The notes: a model not told the origin generated them from the sequence alone. A DNA stretch of 64,000 nt from Oligoflexia bacterium (GCA_020847095.1 JADLCR010000014.1:33647-97646), one strand, 5' to 3'; positions 42,101 through 51,916 are shown, counted from the first letter of the stretch. Made by a program: numbers and translations.

Positions 42101-42606
42101 AAGTCAAATTTAGCCAGGCCATCAGACTAGGCACCGACCAAGAAATCATTGAAGCAAGCCAAGAACTGGCAAAGCTTTACAATTATGAAGACTCCGAAAG
42201 CGCAGACATTAAATTTTTGACAACCACTATTGATGAAGTTCTCAAAATGCCACCAGAGCAAAAGAAGGCCGAGCTCGAAAAGCTTTTGAAACGGGCACAG
42301 GAAAAACCGCCGTTTCCCAATGCTCCCAACTCGAAGGTGTTAAACGCGGCGATTGCTGTGGTTTCAATTTCAACAACTGTATTGGCAACGCCCTTGTATA
42401 CTCATGGCGGCGATATGGCACTTCTACCACTCATTTTACAAGCAGGTCTTGTATACAGTTTTGCTTACGCATTTCAAAATCAACTTCTTCCGCGCATGCA
42501 ACAGTGGACCGCACCCCTCAAGGCGCGCCGCGAAGAAAACCGCGCAAGAGCGGAAGCCTGGCATTGTAGCGGCCTTCTTCTCAACCTCAAAGGCCACTCG
42601 TTTTAA
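39118..42606 (+). CDS. large (1162 aa) secreted/membrane-anchored hypothetical protein
   Basis: Signal peptide. Long helical middle. Several hydrophobic segments near the C-terminus. No assignable catalytic motif. Confidence 0.55.
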   Translation: MQVSVKGKFLRLLLTVTLVTGLWPQTIYADSSSDYGLPNPINTTEENPELRAVQKQTEEKIADLTEAGPRDLPAVPSDVFRLAGQKVVIERAGQIVETYALDDVNVNLPLVPFDPKSIRIEVDASKRNFAIVSDLSGKEVMGHFTEHFRKAVLGQGIARHIFNGIVPLAYTWDNELLIVIDQNRKIFAIDMGFASLGNAAFRSAIPVVQVGELPKTVKPNAQISATFLTRGLKPFAPVPTSKEAIMPQDLPESEIYKAGQLVVYEASPEGRSIVGIYDRGVIAQYVIAGLLMVMWQAYIVAPRDEAPDLFKIIETLLKDTRLHPKDTLMADQLDLPTSKALAAYSAEQVTALGVRIQALARSARDQKDRFTLEEWWKTFLELREEAAKSLEKTPDAELKNDYLADDLGRSNRELLESAKQNKMAEAQRDQMEREAGIVRRSVYRVMNSRAMRILAALAAGGALAKAASSLMADTGPAWGRHLGDWIYSKLPEVLKTPATDGYPAYRVTLLKHMIAMSLMVQFAKLMAVMSAPHLKWDFRKKGAVFAMRVSSLLQFPDLHVFAKAAMQPNFLASIKAGINPVGRIKADSPVGRRLGLTRDLRAPGLSNPFSSARHETNYLKHQALSAVAQDRLTATRNAGLLALRVASERYKTDLPTLLMVADAIQRKENELRQTGDTVKPEVIEQALRKTAEETVSHPDFYGLWCATALELLPILTNDPKALDPKFNELNNPDFQKYIVIAREAAERVEQAKKKNPLLTKLRTKFRMMLNQGLRSFVDFGYRESIQLASAIPGRFVYQQAWRSFMVDFHLTVMTESLFGTRANPNEPEKLVADPRWTHMYTSSLQMADKFNMWRSYLITNPAALHIMYARDQAGRENRYRPVEEITLTSTMRPESFVQGVWNWLKDVSNLSENDFGNLFIRSFKNKWRTWRTPFLFFLLFRTLHGQPTGEIVHQFLVFNVAAGMTYGWLSLLGELGNRGYMDRFDSRNRAFMASKVKFSQAIRLGTDQEIIEASQELAKLYNYEDSESADIKFLTTTIDEVLKMPPEQKKAELEKLLKRAQEKPPFPNAPNSKVLNAAIAVVSISTTVLATPLYTHGGDMALLPLILQAGLVYSFAYAFQNQLLPRMQQWTAPLKARREENRARAEAWHCSGLLLNLKGHSF

Positions 42607-42625
42607 TTCCTCTTTATATCTCCAG

Positions 42626-42744
42626 CTTAAAGCAACAAGGCTTCAAACTTTAGCTCCGGGGAAAGCTCCTCCATGAGGCGGCGGCTGGCCGTCCCTGGCC
42701 AGAGCCTCCCCTTCGCCAAAGTCTGCAAGCCTCGTTGCTTTAAG
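42626..42744. repeat. about 119-nt imperfect palindromic element (long stem-loop)
   Basis: CTTAAAGCAACAAGGCTTC ... GCAAGCCTCGTTGCTTTAAG arms, 17 of 18 complementary, around a GC-rich core. Immediately 3' of the 1162-aa gene. Confidence 0.35.
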
Positions 42745-42818
42745 AGGGGATCGACTCAATTGTTTCAAGTCTTTCTAAAATGAGAATCGAACCGCCAAAA
42801 TTTGGACATCAAAAACTG

Positions 42819-42929
42819 AGGGGAGCTGTTTTGGCCTTTTCGAAAGACAGGCTCCGATGCCAGGATGGCCTCCGAATCGGCCGAGCCATGGATGGCGTCC
42901 TGTCTGGAGAAAGGGCCAAAACAGCTCCC
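42819..42929. repeat. about 111-nt element bounded by perfect 17-bp inverted repeats (MITE-like element or structured RNA)
   Basis: GGGGAGCTGTTTTGGCC at 42819-42835 and its exact reverse complement at 42913-42929. Additional inner complementarity (GACAGG/CCTGTC). Confidence 0.4.
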
Positions 42930-43039
42930 CTCAACTTTTATTGGTTCCACATTTTTGAGGAGGGATTGAATGTCACCGGGTGGTGCCAAATTCCAACCCA
43001 AATTGACACCGACATGACGCGCTAAGATCTGGAATTTGT

Positions 43040-43069
43040 TTTGACATTTCAAAATGACTCTCCATAGAC
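43040..43069 (+). promoter_or_regulatory. candidate sigma70-type promoter of the opp operon
   Basis: TTGACA, 18-nt spacer, TAGACT, about 40 nt upstream of the oppA RBS GGCAGGGGG. Confidence 0.3.
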
Positions 43070-43106
43070 TTAAGGCGAGGAACTTCAAAGGCAGGGGGTG
43101 CCAAAA

Positions 43107-44879
43107 ATGAAACTGAGCCGTGTTGTCCTAGTTGCGCTTGTGAGTCTTGGAATTTCAGCTTGCACAAAAAAAGAAGACAAAAAATTTGCCAATTATGTTC
43201 GTGAAGCACTCAAAACAAATATCAAAGGTCTCGATCCCGTCGTTTCAGGAGATCTTTATAGCAGCACGGTCATGGCGCAAATTTTTGGAACACTCACTCA
43301 GTACTCGTATCTCGAAAGGCCCACCAAAGTTGTTCCTTATCAAGCCGACGGAATGCCTCAAATCTCGAAAGATGGTCTCACCTATACATTTAAGATCAAA
43401 AAGGGCGTCTTGTTCCATGATGATGCCTGCTTTTCAAACGGAAAAGGCCGCGAGCTTGAAGCCGAAGATTTTATTTACTCGTTCAAACGATTAGCAGACC
43501 CCGCTTGGCAATCGGATGGATTTTGGATTTTTGAAGATAAGATTAAAGGATTTACGGCCTGGAGAAATGAAGCTTCGAAAGCCGGCAAGGCCGATTACTC
43601 TAAGCCCGTTCCCGGTCTTGAAGCCGTAGATAAGCATACTCTCAAGATCAGCTTAGAAAAGCCTTACCCCCAACTCCTCTATGTTTTGACCATGAGCCCA
43701 GCAATGGTCGTACCTCGCGAGTGTGTGGAAAAATACGGTAAGGACTTTCAAAACCATCCGGTGGGAACTGGCCCCTACAAGTTTCAAAGTTGGACTCGAA
43801 ATTCTCAAATCGTGTTAGAGCGCCACCCGGGCTACATGGAAGAATATTACCCCACCGTGGGAGAGCCGCAGGATCAAGCCAATGGATTGCTCGCCGACGC
43901 TGGCAAACGACTTCCACTCAACGACGGCGTCATTTTCACAGAGATTGTCGAAGATCAACCGCGATGGCTGAGCTTTAGAAAAGGTGAATTTGATTATCTA
44001 GAAATTCCCAAAGATTACTTCGACGGAGCTGTGGTCAGCGATGACCTTACGGCCGAGTACAAGAATGCTGGGGTATCGCTGTCAAAAACCGTTGGAACTG
44101 ACATTACATTTGTTTCGTTTAACATGGATGACCCGGTTGTTGGCGGACTTGGCGGAAAGGGCAAATACCTCCGGCAAGCTCTCAGCACGGCCTATAATAC
44201 GGAAGAGACAATCAAAAAGTTTTACAATGGAAGAGCGGTCTCCGCTCAAGGCCCCATTCCCCCAGGATTGGGAGGTTACGACCCGAATCGAGTTAATCCC
44301 TTTAAACAGCACAACATTGAAAAGGCCAAAGAGCTTCTTAAGAAAGCTGGCTATACAGAAGCCACAGCGCCAGAGATTCACATCGATTTGCCAAACGGCG
44401 TTACCTACCGCCAATTTGGCGAGTACTACCAACAGCTTTTCAACACCATTGGAGTCAAAGCGAAAGTTCAGCTTCATACCTGGCCAGAGTTTCAAGACAA
44501 GCACAAGAAAAGAAAGTCTCAAGTTTTCTCAATGGCTTGGGGAGCCGATTATCCGGATGCTGAAAACTTCCTTCAGTTGTTTTACGGCAAAAATGCAAGC
44601 CCAGGCCCGAATAATTCGAACTTCAATCATCCAGAATTTAACAAGCTTTTTGAAAAGGCCGCTGTCATGCAAGATGGCCCCGCTCGCAATGCGATCTACA
44701 ACAAAATGGTTGATATCGTAATTGACGAAACCCCATGGATCTTCGGAGTTCATCGAAAAGATTATTACCTCACTCACGGCTGGTTTAAGAATTACAAGCG
44801 AAATGGAATTATTCTCAACTACTCGAAGTATTACCGAGTCGATCAAGAGGCGAAGGACAAACTGAAGAAGAAGCTCTGA
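43107..44879 (+). CDS. ABC transporter substrate-binding lipoprotein, family 5 (OppA/DppA-like)
   Basis: Lipobox LGISAC. SBP_bac_5-like length and pattern. Confidence 0.85.
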   Translation: MKLSRVVLVALVSLGISACTKKEDKKFANYVREALKTNIKGLDPVVSGDLYSSTVMAQIFGTLTQYSYLERPTKVVPYQADGMPQISKDGLTYTFKIKKGVLFHDDACFSNGKGRELEAEDFIYSFKRLADPAWQSDGFWIFEDKIKGFTAWRNEASKAGKADYSKPVPGLEAVDKHTLKISLEKPYPQLLYVLTMSPAMVVPRECVEKYGKDFQNHPVGTGPYKFQSWTRNSQIVLERHPGYMEEYYPTVGEPQDQANGLLADAGKRLPLNDGVIFTEIVEDQPRWLSFRKGEFDYLEIPKDYFDGAVVSDDLTAEYKNAGVSLSKTVGTDITFVSFNMDDPVVGGLGGKGKYLRQALSTAYNTEETIKKFYNGRAVSAQGPIPPGLGGYDPNRVNPFKQHNIEKAKELLKKAGYTEATAPEIHIDLPNGVTYRQFGEYYQQLFNTIGVKAKVQLHTWPEFQDKHKKRKSQVFSMAWGADYPDAENFLQLFYGKNASPGPNNSNFNHPEFNKLFEKAAVMQDGPARNAIYNKMVDIVIDETPWIFGVHRKDYYLTHGWFKNYKRNGIILNYSKYYRVDQEAKDKLKKKL

Positions 44880-45814
44880 TGCTCACTTATATAGCGCGGC
44901 GAATTCTATATGTGATTCCCATTTTGTTCGGCGTGACGCTAATCACGTTCGTACTCTTTAACCTGGTTGGTGGAAATCCTGTTTATCAAAAACTTGGGAA
45001 ACACGGAAGCGAGGCCGAAATCCAGCTGCTGAGCAAGGAGTTAGGTCTTGATCGCCCCTTGCACGAACAATATCTATTTTTTCTTAAGCAATGTGTAACC
45101 CTAGATTTTGGAAGAAGCTGGTCGTCGAATCAAAAAATCACAGACATGCTTTCAAACGGTATCGGCGCCAGCCTTAGTCTTACCGTACCGGCTTTTACCA
45201 TTTCAGTTCTTTTATCGATTCTAATTGCACTCGGCGCGGCCTTCTTCAGGGGCACAATCATAGATCGAGGACTTGTGGTTTTTTGTCTCGCAGGAATGTC
45301 CATTAGCATGCTCGTGTACATAATCTTTTTTCAGTACATGTTTAGCTTTCGCTTGGGCGTGTTTCCCATCACCGGGTACGACCCTTCACTGGCGGGGCGT
45401 TGGACCTATTTGATTTTGCCTATGATCATTTGGATCGTCGTAAGTCTTGGCAGCGATATTTTGCTCTATCGCACCATCATGCTCGACGAAATCTTTCAGG
45501 ACTACGTTCGAACGGCGCGCGCCAAAGGTTTGAGCGAAAAGGTTGTCATGCTCAAGCATGTATTAAAAAACGCCATGATCCCGATTATCACCAATATTGT
45601 ATTAGAGATTCCATTTCTATACACAGGGTCACTTTTGCTTGAGGCCTTTTTTGGAATTCCCGGTTTGGGCGGAATGACGGTTCAAGCCTTATACAATTCT
45701 GATTTTCCTGTCATCAAAGCTATGACGTTTATAGGTTCAATGCTCTATGTTTTTTTCAACCTGGTGTCGGATGTGGCCTATGCCATTGTAGACCCCAGAA
45801 TAAAGTTGGAGTGA
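44879..45814 (+). CDS. ABC peptide transporter permease (OppB/DppB-like)
   Basis: BPD_transp_1 EAA-like region (YVRTARAKGLSEKVVMLKHVLKNA). N-terminal OppB-type domain. Confidence 0.85.
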   Translation: MLTYIARRILYVIPILFGVTLITFVLFNLVGGNPVYQKLGKHGSEAEIQLLSKELGLDRPLHEQYLFFLKQCVTLDFGRSWSSNQKITDMLSNGIGASLSLTVPAFTISVLLSILIALGAAFFRGTIIDRGLVVFCLAGMSISMLVYIIFFQYMFSFRLGVFPITGYDPSLAGRWTYLILPMIIWIVVSLGSDILLYRTIMLDEIFQDYVRTARAKGLSEKVVMLKHVLKNAMIPIITNIVLEIPFLYTGSLLLEAFFGIPGLGGMTVQALYNSDFPVIKAMTFIGSMLYVFFNLVSDVAYAIVDPRIKLE

Positions 45815-45815
45815 T

Positions 45816-46718
45816 TTGATGACGGTCGCCACCGCCACCATGAATCAAATTTCAACTCAGACCCAAATGCCCAAGAGCCTTTGGGCCGATGCAATCTCAA
45901 GAATAAAGAGAGATAAGCTTGCTCTCACTTGCGGGGCCATCATCATATTTTACGCCCTGCTCGCCTTGCTGGCCTCATTAGGTTTGATTGCTGCAGATTA
46001 TGCGCAAACAAATCCGCAGGGGTTCTCTCCCCCCTCACCGGATCATTGGTTTGGAACCGACATGTTTGGTCGGGACGTTTTTATGAGAACTGTTCATGGG
46101 ACCCGCATTGCGTTGTCGATCGGCCTCGTCACTTCTTTGATCGCCATTCCCATTGGCGTTTGCTTAGGCGCCATCGCAGGTTATTTTGGTGGAAAAGTCG
46201 ATGACTTGATCGTCTGGTTTTATACGACAGTCGATAGCATTCCTGACTTGCTTAAGATTATCGCCCTCAGCTACGTCATGGGCCGAGGAATTCTGAGCGT
46301 GTATGTCGCCATCGGATTTACAACCTGGGTTGGACTCTGCCGATTAATTCGCGCTGAGTTTATGAAACACAAATCCCGAGAATACGTTTTGGCGGCCAAT
46401 GCGTTAGGTGCGAGCCATACGCGCCGCATGTTTGTTCATATCTTGCCAAACGTATTTCATATTATCTTAATCAACTTTAGCCTGCGATTCATCATCGGCA
46501 TTAAGACTGAAGTTATTTTGAGCTACCTCGGTCTCGGCGTTGAGCCCGGTCAACCGAGCTGGGGCATTATGATTGACGATGCCAAGCAAGAATTGGCACA
46601 AGGTGTATGGTGGCAATTGGCCGCAGCCACTGGGGCCATGTTTTTTATTGTTTTGTCTTTTAACATCTTTGCAGATGCCTTACGCGATGCTCTTGATCCA
46701 AAATTGAGGAATAAATGA
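45816..46718 (+). CDS. ABC peptide transporter permease (OppC/DppC-like)
   Basis: OppC N-terminal region. EAA-like motif (EYVLAANALGASHTRRMFVHILPN). Confidence 0.85.
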   Translation: MMTVATATMNQISTQTQMPKSLWADAISRIKRDKLALTCGAIIIFYALLALLASLGLIAADYAQTNPQGFSPPSPDHWFGTDMFGRDVFMRTVHGTRIALSIGLVTSLIAIPIGVCLGAIAGYFGGKVDDLIVWFYTTVDSIPDLLKIIALSYVMGRGILSVYVAIGFTTWVGLCRLIRAEFMKHKSREYVLAANALGASHTRRMFVHILPNVFHIILINFSLRFIIGIKTEVILSYLGLGVEPGQPSWGIMIDDAKQELAQGVWWQLAAATGAMFFIVLSFNIFADALRDALDPKLRNK

Positions 46719-47620
46719 TTTCTCTTGAGGTGAAAAAGCTTGCCGACTCTTTGGTTGCAGCCAAAGTCTTAACGCCTCAACAGCTTGAAAAAGCACTCAA
46801 ACGAATGGAGCTCGACCAGTCTCCATCACTGGTCATCACTTTGCTGCAGATGGATTTTTTGAGTTATCAAATATTTGAAAAATTCATCACATCTAAAACC
46901 GGGTTAAAGTCCGCCATTATTGGAAATCGTCAAGCATCTCCACAACTGGTTGAGTCTGTTACTGAAGCCATTATGAATCAACGAATGGTGTTTCCACTGG
47001 GAATAAAAGAGGCCGGCGGCAACCGCACTCTCGCCCTAGGAATGGTCGACCCCCTTAACCAAGAAACCATTGACCTCGTTGCCAAGAAAACGGCTTGCAC
47101 CATTTTGCCCGTTCTCATTTCGCTTCCTGATTTTCGGCAGGCCATGCTTCGCGTCTCTCCAACTTCACAGTCTGGAAAACTCGAGGTGAGCTCCGCTGAC
47201 AAAGATAAGTTGGTGGTCATTCGGCCGGGCGGCGGGGAAGAAGAGCTGATCACAAAATCTTTAGATAAAAAATTCCAAACTCAACCCTCGGTATCAATTG
47301 AGCGCGCCGTTGAAAAAACTGAGATTCCGCTTTTAGGGGCCAAAATTCCAAAGTTCCGAGAAGAGATTGCCATTAAATTGGGAATCGAAGCAAAGGCCGG
47401 AGAAGTTCTCAAAGAAGAAAAGTACACCCGGGAAAGGCTTTTTGTTGAGCTAAAGAACCAACATCTCCGTGAGCTCGAAGTGGCATTTGACAAGCTGAGT
47501 AATGACGGAAAGATTGAAGCCCTCGCCAATCTTCTGATAAAAACAGGAGTGATAACCAAGCGCGATCTCATGGCCTCAGCGGCGATTAGCCTTGTATTTA
47601 GAGATGGTGAAAAGTCATGA
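46715..47620 (+). CDS. T2SS-E N-terminal (GspE_N/MshEN-like) domain protein embedded in the opp operon
   Basis: ATGA overlaps at both ends. The first 150 aa match the T2SSE_N pattern ([14 protein letters not shown]...[49 protein letters not shown]). A second partial repeat is C-terminal. Confidence 0.55.
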   Translation: MISLEVKKLADSLVAAKVLTPQQLEKALKRMELDQSPSLVITLLQMDFLSYQIFEKFITSKTGLKSAIIGNRQASPQLVESVTEAIMNQRMVFPLGIKEAGGNRTLALGMVDPLNQETIDLVAKKTACTILPVLISLPDFRQAMLRVSPTSQSGKLEVSSADKDKLVVIRPGGGEEELITKSLDKKFQTQPSVSIERAVEKTEIPLLGAKIPKFREEIAIKLGIEAKAGEVLKEEKYTRERLFVELKNQHLRELEVAFDKLSNDGKIEALANLLIKTGVITKRDLMASAAISLVFRDGEKS

Positions 47621-48597
47621 ACCCCATTCTTGAAGTTAAAAATCTAAGAACCAAGTTCACCACCCATGATGGTTCATTTTATGCTGTAGACGACATTAGC
47701 TTTAAAGTTTACGAAGGCAAAACTTTGGGACTCGTCGGCGAGTCAGGATGTGGGAAAAGTGTTTCATCCCTATCAGTTATGAGACTCATTCCCAGCCCCC
47801 CAGGAGTTATCGAATCCGGAGAAATAATCTTCAAGGGACGAGACTTGCTCAAGCTTTCCATGGATGAAATGCGTTCCATTCGGGGTAATCAGATTGGAAT
47901 GATTTTTCAAGAACCCATGACATCGTTAAATCCTGTTTTCACCATTGGCGATCAGATTGAGGAGTCACTCAAACTGCATAAAAAGGACTTAAGCGGAAAG
48001 CAAATTCGCGAACGCGCCATTGATATGATTCGATTAGTAGGTATTCCAAGTCCGGAAAAGAGATTTTTTGATTACCCTCATCAGCTTTCCGGGGGGATGA
48101 GACAGCGCGTGATGATCGCAATGGCGCTGAGTTGCAGTCCTGACTTGCTGATCGCTGACGAACCAACTACAGCGCTCGACGTAACGATTCAGGCACAGAT
48201 ATTAGAATTGATCAAAAAACTACAAACCGAACTTAACACCGCTATGATTCTCATCACCCATGATTTGGGGGTCGTCGCTGAGACGTGCCATGAGGTTGCA
48301 GTCATGTATGCAGGAAAGATTGTTGAGTATGGCACGGTTGAAGAAATTTTTAATTCACCACAACATCCTTACACCAAAGGTCTTCTGAATTCGGTTCCAC
48401 ACTTTGAAACTGGCAGCCGTAGAAAGAAACTTGAAACCATTCCTGGGATTGTACCGAGTCTGGTGAATTTGCCTCCCGGTTGTCGCTTTAGCGATCGATG
48501 TGGATTCAAAACAGACATTTGTTCAAAGCAAGAGCCCAAACTTGAAACCCACGGCGGTCATTTGACCGCCTGTCACAATCCAGTAGGAGCTCCATGA
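47617..48597 (+). CDS. ABC transporter ATP-binding protein (OppD/DppD-like)
   Basis: Walker A GESGCGKS, signature LSGGMRQR, Walker [14 protein letters not shown]-terminal oligopeptide-ABC extension. Confidence 0.9.
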   Translation: MNPILEVKNLRTKFTTHDGSFYAVDDISFKVYEGKTLGLVGESGCGKSVSSLSVMRLIPSPPGVIESGEIIFKGRDLLKLSMDEMRSIRGNQIGMIFQEPMTSLNPVFTIGDQIEESLKLHKKDLSGKQIRERAIDMIRLVGIPSPEKRFFDYPHQLSGGMRQRVMIAMALSCSPDLLIADEPTTALDVTIQAQILELIKKLQTELNTAMILITHDLGVVAETCHEVAVMYAGKIVEYGTVEEIFNSPQHPYTKGLLNSVPHFETGSRRKKLETIPGIVPSLVNLPPGCRFSDRCGFKTDICSKQEPKLETHGGHLTACHNPVGAP

Positions 48598-49571
48598 GCG
48601 CCTTAGTTGAAATTAAAGGGTTAACAAAACACTTTCCTATTAAGGGTGGCCTTTTTCAAAGACAAACGGGCTCGGTTCAAGCTGTCACCGATGTCAGCTT
48701 TTCAATTAAAAAAGGTGAAACTCTTGGACTGGTTGGAGAGTCTGGCTGCGGAAAGTCCACGTTGGGACGGTGTCTTATTCGCCTTTTAGAACCCACTAGC
48801 GGACAAATCTTTTTTGAAGGCAAAGATATTACCAATCTCAAAGGCGAGGCGTTGAGAAGCCTTCGGCGAAAGATGCAAATCATTTTTCAAGATCCTTACG
48901 CCAGCCTCAATCCGCGCATGACCGTTGGAAGCATCATCTCCGAACCCCTTGAAATTCATCGCATTGGCGAGTCAAAGAGGGATCGTATCAATCGAGTGCA
49001 AGAGCTACTTGAAGTCGTTGGACTTCGCAAAGAGGCGGCGTTCAGGTACCCTCATGAGTTTTCAGGCGGGCAAAGACAGCGCATAGGAATAGCGCGTGCT
49101 TTGGCGGTTCAACCCGAACTCATTGTTTGTGATGAGCCGGTTTCTGCTCTTGATGTTTCAATTCAAGCGCAAGTCATCAATCTTTTAATGGATCTTCAAC
49201 AAAAATTTGGACTCACATATTTGTTTATTGCCCACGACCTTAAAGTGGTCGAGCATATTTCCACAAGAGTTGCGGTCATGTACTTAGGAAGAATAGTTGA
49301 AATGGCCGAAAGCGAAGAGCTCTACAAACATCCGCAACATCCGTACACTCAAGCACTTTTGTCGGCGATTCCTGTTCCGAAAGTTGGAGGCAAGAAACAA
49401 CGGGTTATCTTAACGGGCGATGTTCCCAGCCCCGTCAATCCTCCAAGTGGATGTTATTTCAACCCTCGCTGTCCCATTGCTGATGGCGGGTGTAAGGTCA
49501 CCCAACCTGAGCTTTTGACCACTCGACCTCAACACGAAACAAGATGCTTAAAGGTTTCAGCGCAGCTTTAA
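48594..49571 (+). CDS. ABC transporter ATP-binding protein (OppF/DppF-like)
   Basis: Walker [10 protein letters not shown], signature FSGGQRQR, Walker [13 protein letters not shown]. Confidence 0.9.
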   Translation: MSALVEIKGLTKHFPIKGGLFQRQTGSVQAVTDVSFSIKKGETLGLVGESGCGKSTLGRCLIRLLEPTSGQIFFEGKDITNLKGEALRSLRRKMQIIFQDPYASLNPRMTVGSIISEPLEIHRIGESKRDRINRVQELLEVVGLRKEAAFRYPHEFSGGQRQRIGIARALAVQPELIVCDEPVSALDVSIQAQVINLLMDLQQKFGLTYLFIAHDLKVVEHISTRVAVMYLGRIVEMAESEELYKHPQHPYTQALLSAIPVPKVGGKKQRVILTGDVPSPVNPPSGCYFNPRCPIADGGCKVTQPELLTTRPQHETRCLKVSAQL

Positions 49572-50060
49572 GAGAGTGCGGACACTACTTTTGATTTCAT
49601 CGACATCAAACGGTTTTTTAATATAGTCGTCACAACCCACATCAAAACCCCGTCTCACATCAAGATCGGTCGTTTTACCTGAAACAAAAACAACCGGAAT
49701 TCCCCGAAGGTCTTCATTTTCTTTTAGCAAGGTGCAGAGTTCAAAGCCGTTTATCCAGGGAAGACCCACATCCAATACGATCAGCTCAATGGGCCCATCA
49801 TCTAAGACTTGAGAGAGTTGAGTGCCGTCAGCGGCGGCGAGAACACGATAACCATCACTTTCAAAAATTCGCTTAAGCGCAAGTCGCATGGTTTCGTCGT
49901 CTTCAATTATGAGAATGGTTTTGGGGTCGTCCTTTTTTTTGAGCGCACGAAAGTCGTCGAGAGAAACAACTTTCTCACGAGACATCTTTTCTTTGGTTAT
50001 CTTATCGATCTTTTCGACAAGCTTTTTTGTATTGATTGATTTGCCGGAGCCCCGAGACAT
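49557..50060 (-). CDS. single-domain response regulator (CheY-like receiver)
   Basis: [29 protein letters not shown] receiver motifs. GGGAGG RBS before the internal Met at 50060. Its 3' end overlaps oppF convergently. Confidence 0.8.
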   Translation of the reverse strand: MSRGSGKSINTKKLVEKIDKITKEKMSREKVVSLDDFRALKKKDDPKTILIIEDDETMRLALKRIFESDGYRVLAAADGTQLSQVLDDGPIELIVLDVGLPWINGFELCTLLKENEDLRGIPVVFVSGKTTDLDVRRGFDVGCDDYIKKPFDVDEIKSSVRTLLKLR

Positions 50061-50197
50061 CCTTGTCCCTCCCACCGCTACGCCTCATTAGTGTCCCTTC
50101 AGTATAAACCAGCGTCAAGAATTGTGTTCAAACTTTGAACCTCGACTCAGGTCCAGGCTGAAATGACTGGGAATTTTTGAGGTGCTTTGATCAGCGC

Positions 50198-51118
50198 TTA
50201 GTGCTGATGGGCCTCAAGGTAGCGCTCAGCCTCAAGGGCCGCCATGCAACCCGTACCTGCAGCCGTGACCGCTTGTCGGTAGACATGATCTTGCACATCG
50301 CCGGCAGCAAAAACTCCCGCAATATTTGTTTGAGTGGTGCCAGGCTTAGTCAAAATATAACCGGTTTCATTCAGATCAAGAATGCCTTTGAAAATTGAAG
50401 TGTTGGGCTGATGTCCAATGGCGACAAATAGCCCGTCTACTTTGAGCTCTTGTACGGCACCGGTCTTTAGGTTTTTGATTTTGGCTGACTGAACAAAAGG
50501 TGATCCCCCAAGACTGACCACTTCAGAATCTAAGATGAGCTTGATTTTAGGATTCTTTTTCACGCGTTCTTGCATAATTTTACTGGCTCTAAAAGTATCG
50601 CGACGATGAACCAGATAAACGGTTTTTGCAAATCGCGTTAAAAATGAAGCTTCCTCCATTGCCGTATCGCCACCACCGACAACGATGACGTCTCGATTCT
50701 TATAAAAGGCCCCATCGCAAGTGGCACAGGCTGAAACTCCTTTACCCATGTAAGTCTGCTCAGATTCAATACCAAGCCATTTTGCACTCGCGCCGGTTGT
50801 GATAATCACGGTTTGCGCTTGATGCAATTCTTCATCAACCCAAACTTTGAATGGGGCTTTTGAGAAATCAACTTTTGTAGCGTTTTGGGTAATAAATCGT
50901 GTTCCAAATCGCTCCGCTTGTTTTCGCATAACTGCCATGAGTTCGGGCCCCGTTACTCCCTCAGCAAATCCAGGGTAATTTTCTACATCAGATGTGATCA
51001 TCAGCTGCCCACCCGGGGTAAGACCGTCGATCATCAGGGGGTTAAGATTTGCTCTCGCCGCATAAATGGCCGCCGTAAGACCCGCAGGACCCGATCCAAT
51101 AATGATGACGTTTTCCAT
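50198..51118 (-). CDS. trxB: thioredoxin reductase
   Basis: IIGSGPAG, redox-active CATCDG, GGGDTAMEEA NADPH motif. Confidence 0.9.
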   Translation of the reverse strand: MENVIIIGSGPAGLTAAIYAARANLNPLMIDGLTPGGQLMITSDVENYPGFAEGVTGPELMAVMRKQAERFGTRFITQNATKVDFSKAPFKVWVDEELHQAQTVIITTGASAKWLGIESEQTYMGKGVSACATCDGAFYKNRDVIVVGGGDTAMEEASFLTRFAKTVYLVHRRDTFRASKIMQERVKKNPKIKLILDSEVVSLGGSPFVQSAKIKNLKTGAVQELKVDGLFVAIGHQPNTSIFKGILDLNETGYILTKPGTTQTNIAGVFAAGDVQDHVYRQAVTAAGTGCMAALEAERYLEAHQH

Positions 51119-51131
51119 GTCGTTACTCCTT

Positions 51132-51869
51132 TTATCCGATAACCCGATGCCAATGAGACTCTTTTTTGAGCCACCGATAGAGTGCTTGCGCTGCTGTGTC
51201 TGGAAGCAAAAGCTTCACTCCCGACTGCCGAACCTGAGCTTGAGGCGGCAGCATCTCGGTATCCATATAACCAGGGGAATATAAAAGCACCTTGTTCGGA
51301 TTTATTTCAAGCTCACTCTGAAGACTTCCTACAAAACCCACCAAACCATGTTTACCCGCCGCATAACTTGCTGCCCCGGGGTCAGGGTTTAAGCCGGCCA
51401 CACGACTTCCCACAATCACAAAGCGCCCTGAGCGGTTTTGAGCTCGACCCTCTAGCCAACCATGCACAAGTCGCATCGGACTCAAGAGCCCCACCTGAAG
51501 AGACCAATGATGATCTTTCCATTGCTTCTCGGCAAAACTTCCATAAGGCCCACCACCAGCCACATAAAGAACTAAGTCCGGAGCCTCAGACCCAAGCTTT
51601 TGAGTAAGCTTTTCGACTTCTTGGGAATTGGACAAATCGACAGCGCAGGTCTGGACATTGTTGATTTTGTGATTGATCGACCGCCCGTCAGGGTTTGTTA
51701 AAGAGCGTGCATCCTGGGCCGCTTGCTCCAAAAGTTCTTGTTTTCGTGAAAGTAACGTGAGCGATTCGACTTTAGGAAAGTGAGTGGACAAATAGCGCGT
51801 CAGAGAGCGCCCAAGCCCCCGGCTGGCCCCCAAAATCCAAGCGGATCTTACACTCTCCTCGGTTAACAC
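51132..51869 (-). CDS. SDR-family oxidoreductase
   Basis: GASRGLG glycine motif. YAAGK catalytic Tyr-x3-Lys. Confidence 0.7.
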   Translation of the reverse strand: MLTEESVRSAWILGASRGLGRSLTRYLSTHFPKVESLTLLSRKQELLEQAAQDARSLTNPDGRSINHKINNVQTCAVDLSNSQEVEKLTQKLGSEAPDLVLYVAGGGPYGSFAEKQWKDHHWSLQVGLLSPMRLVHGWLEGRAQNRSGRFVIVGSRVAGLNPDPGAASYAAGKHGLVGFVGSLQSELEINPNKVLLYSPGYMDTEMLPPQAQVRQSGVKLLLPDTAAQALYRWLKKESHWHRVIG

Positions 51870-51916
51870 CGATCCTCCCTTTGGACCGCTCGTGCATTTA
51901 TGCTAGAGTTTCTGTG

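Noticed and set aside
42765-43088. Track ORFs 42765..43088 (-) and 42780..43025 (+) in the oppA upstream spacer
   Set aside because: Both run through the perfect 17-bp inverted repeats, so they mirror each other. There is no RBS. They are better explained as a palindromic non-coding element.
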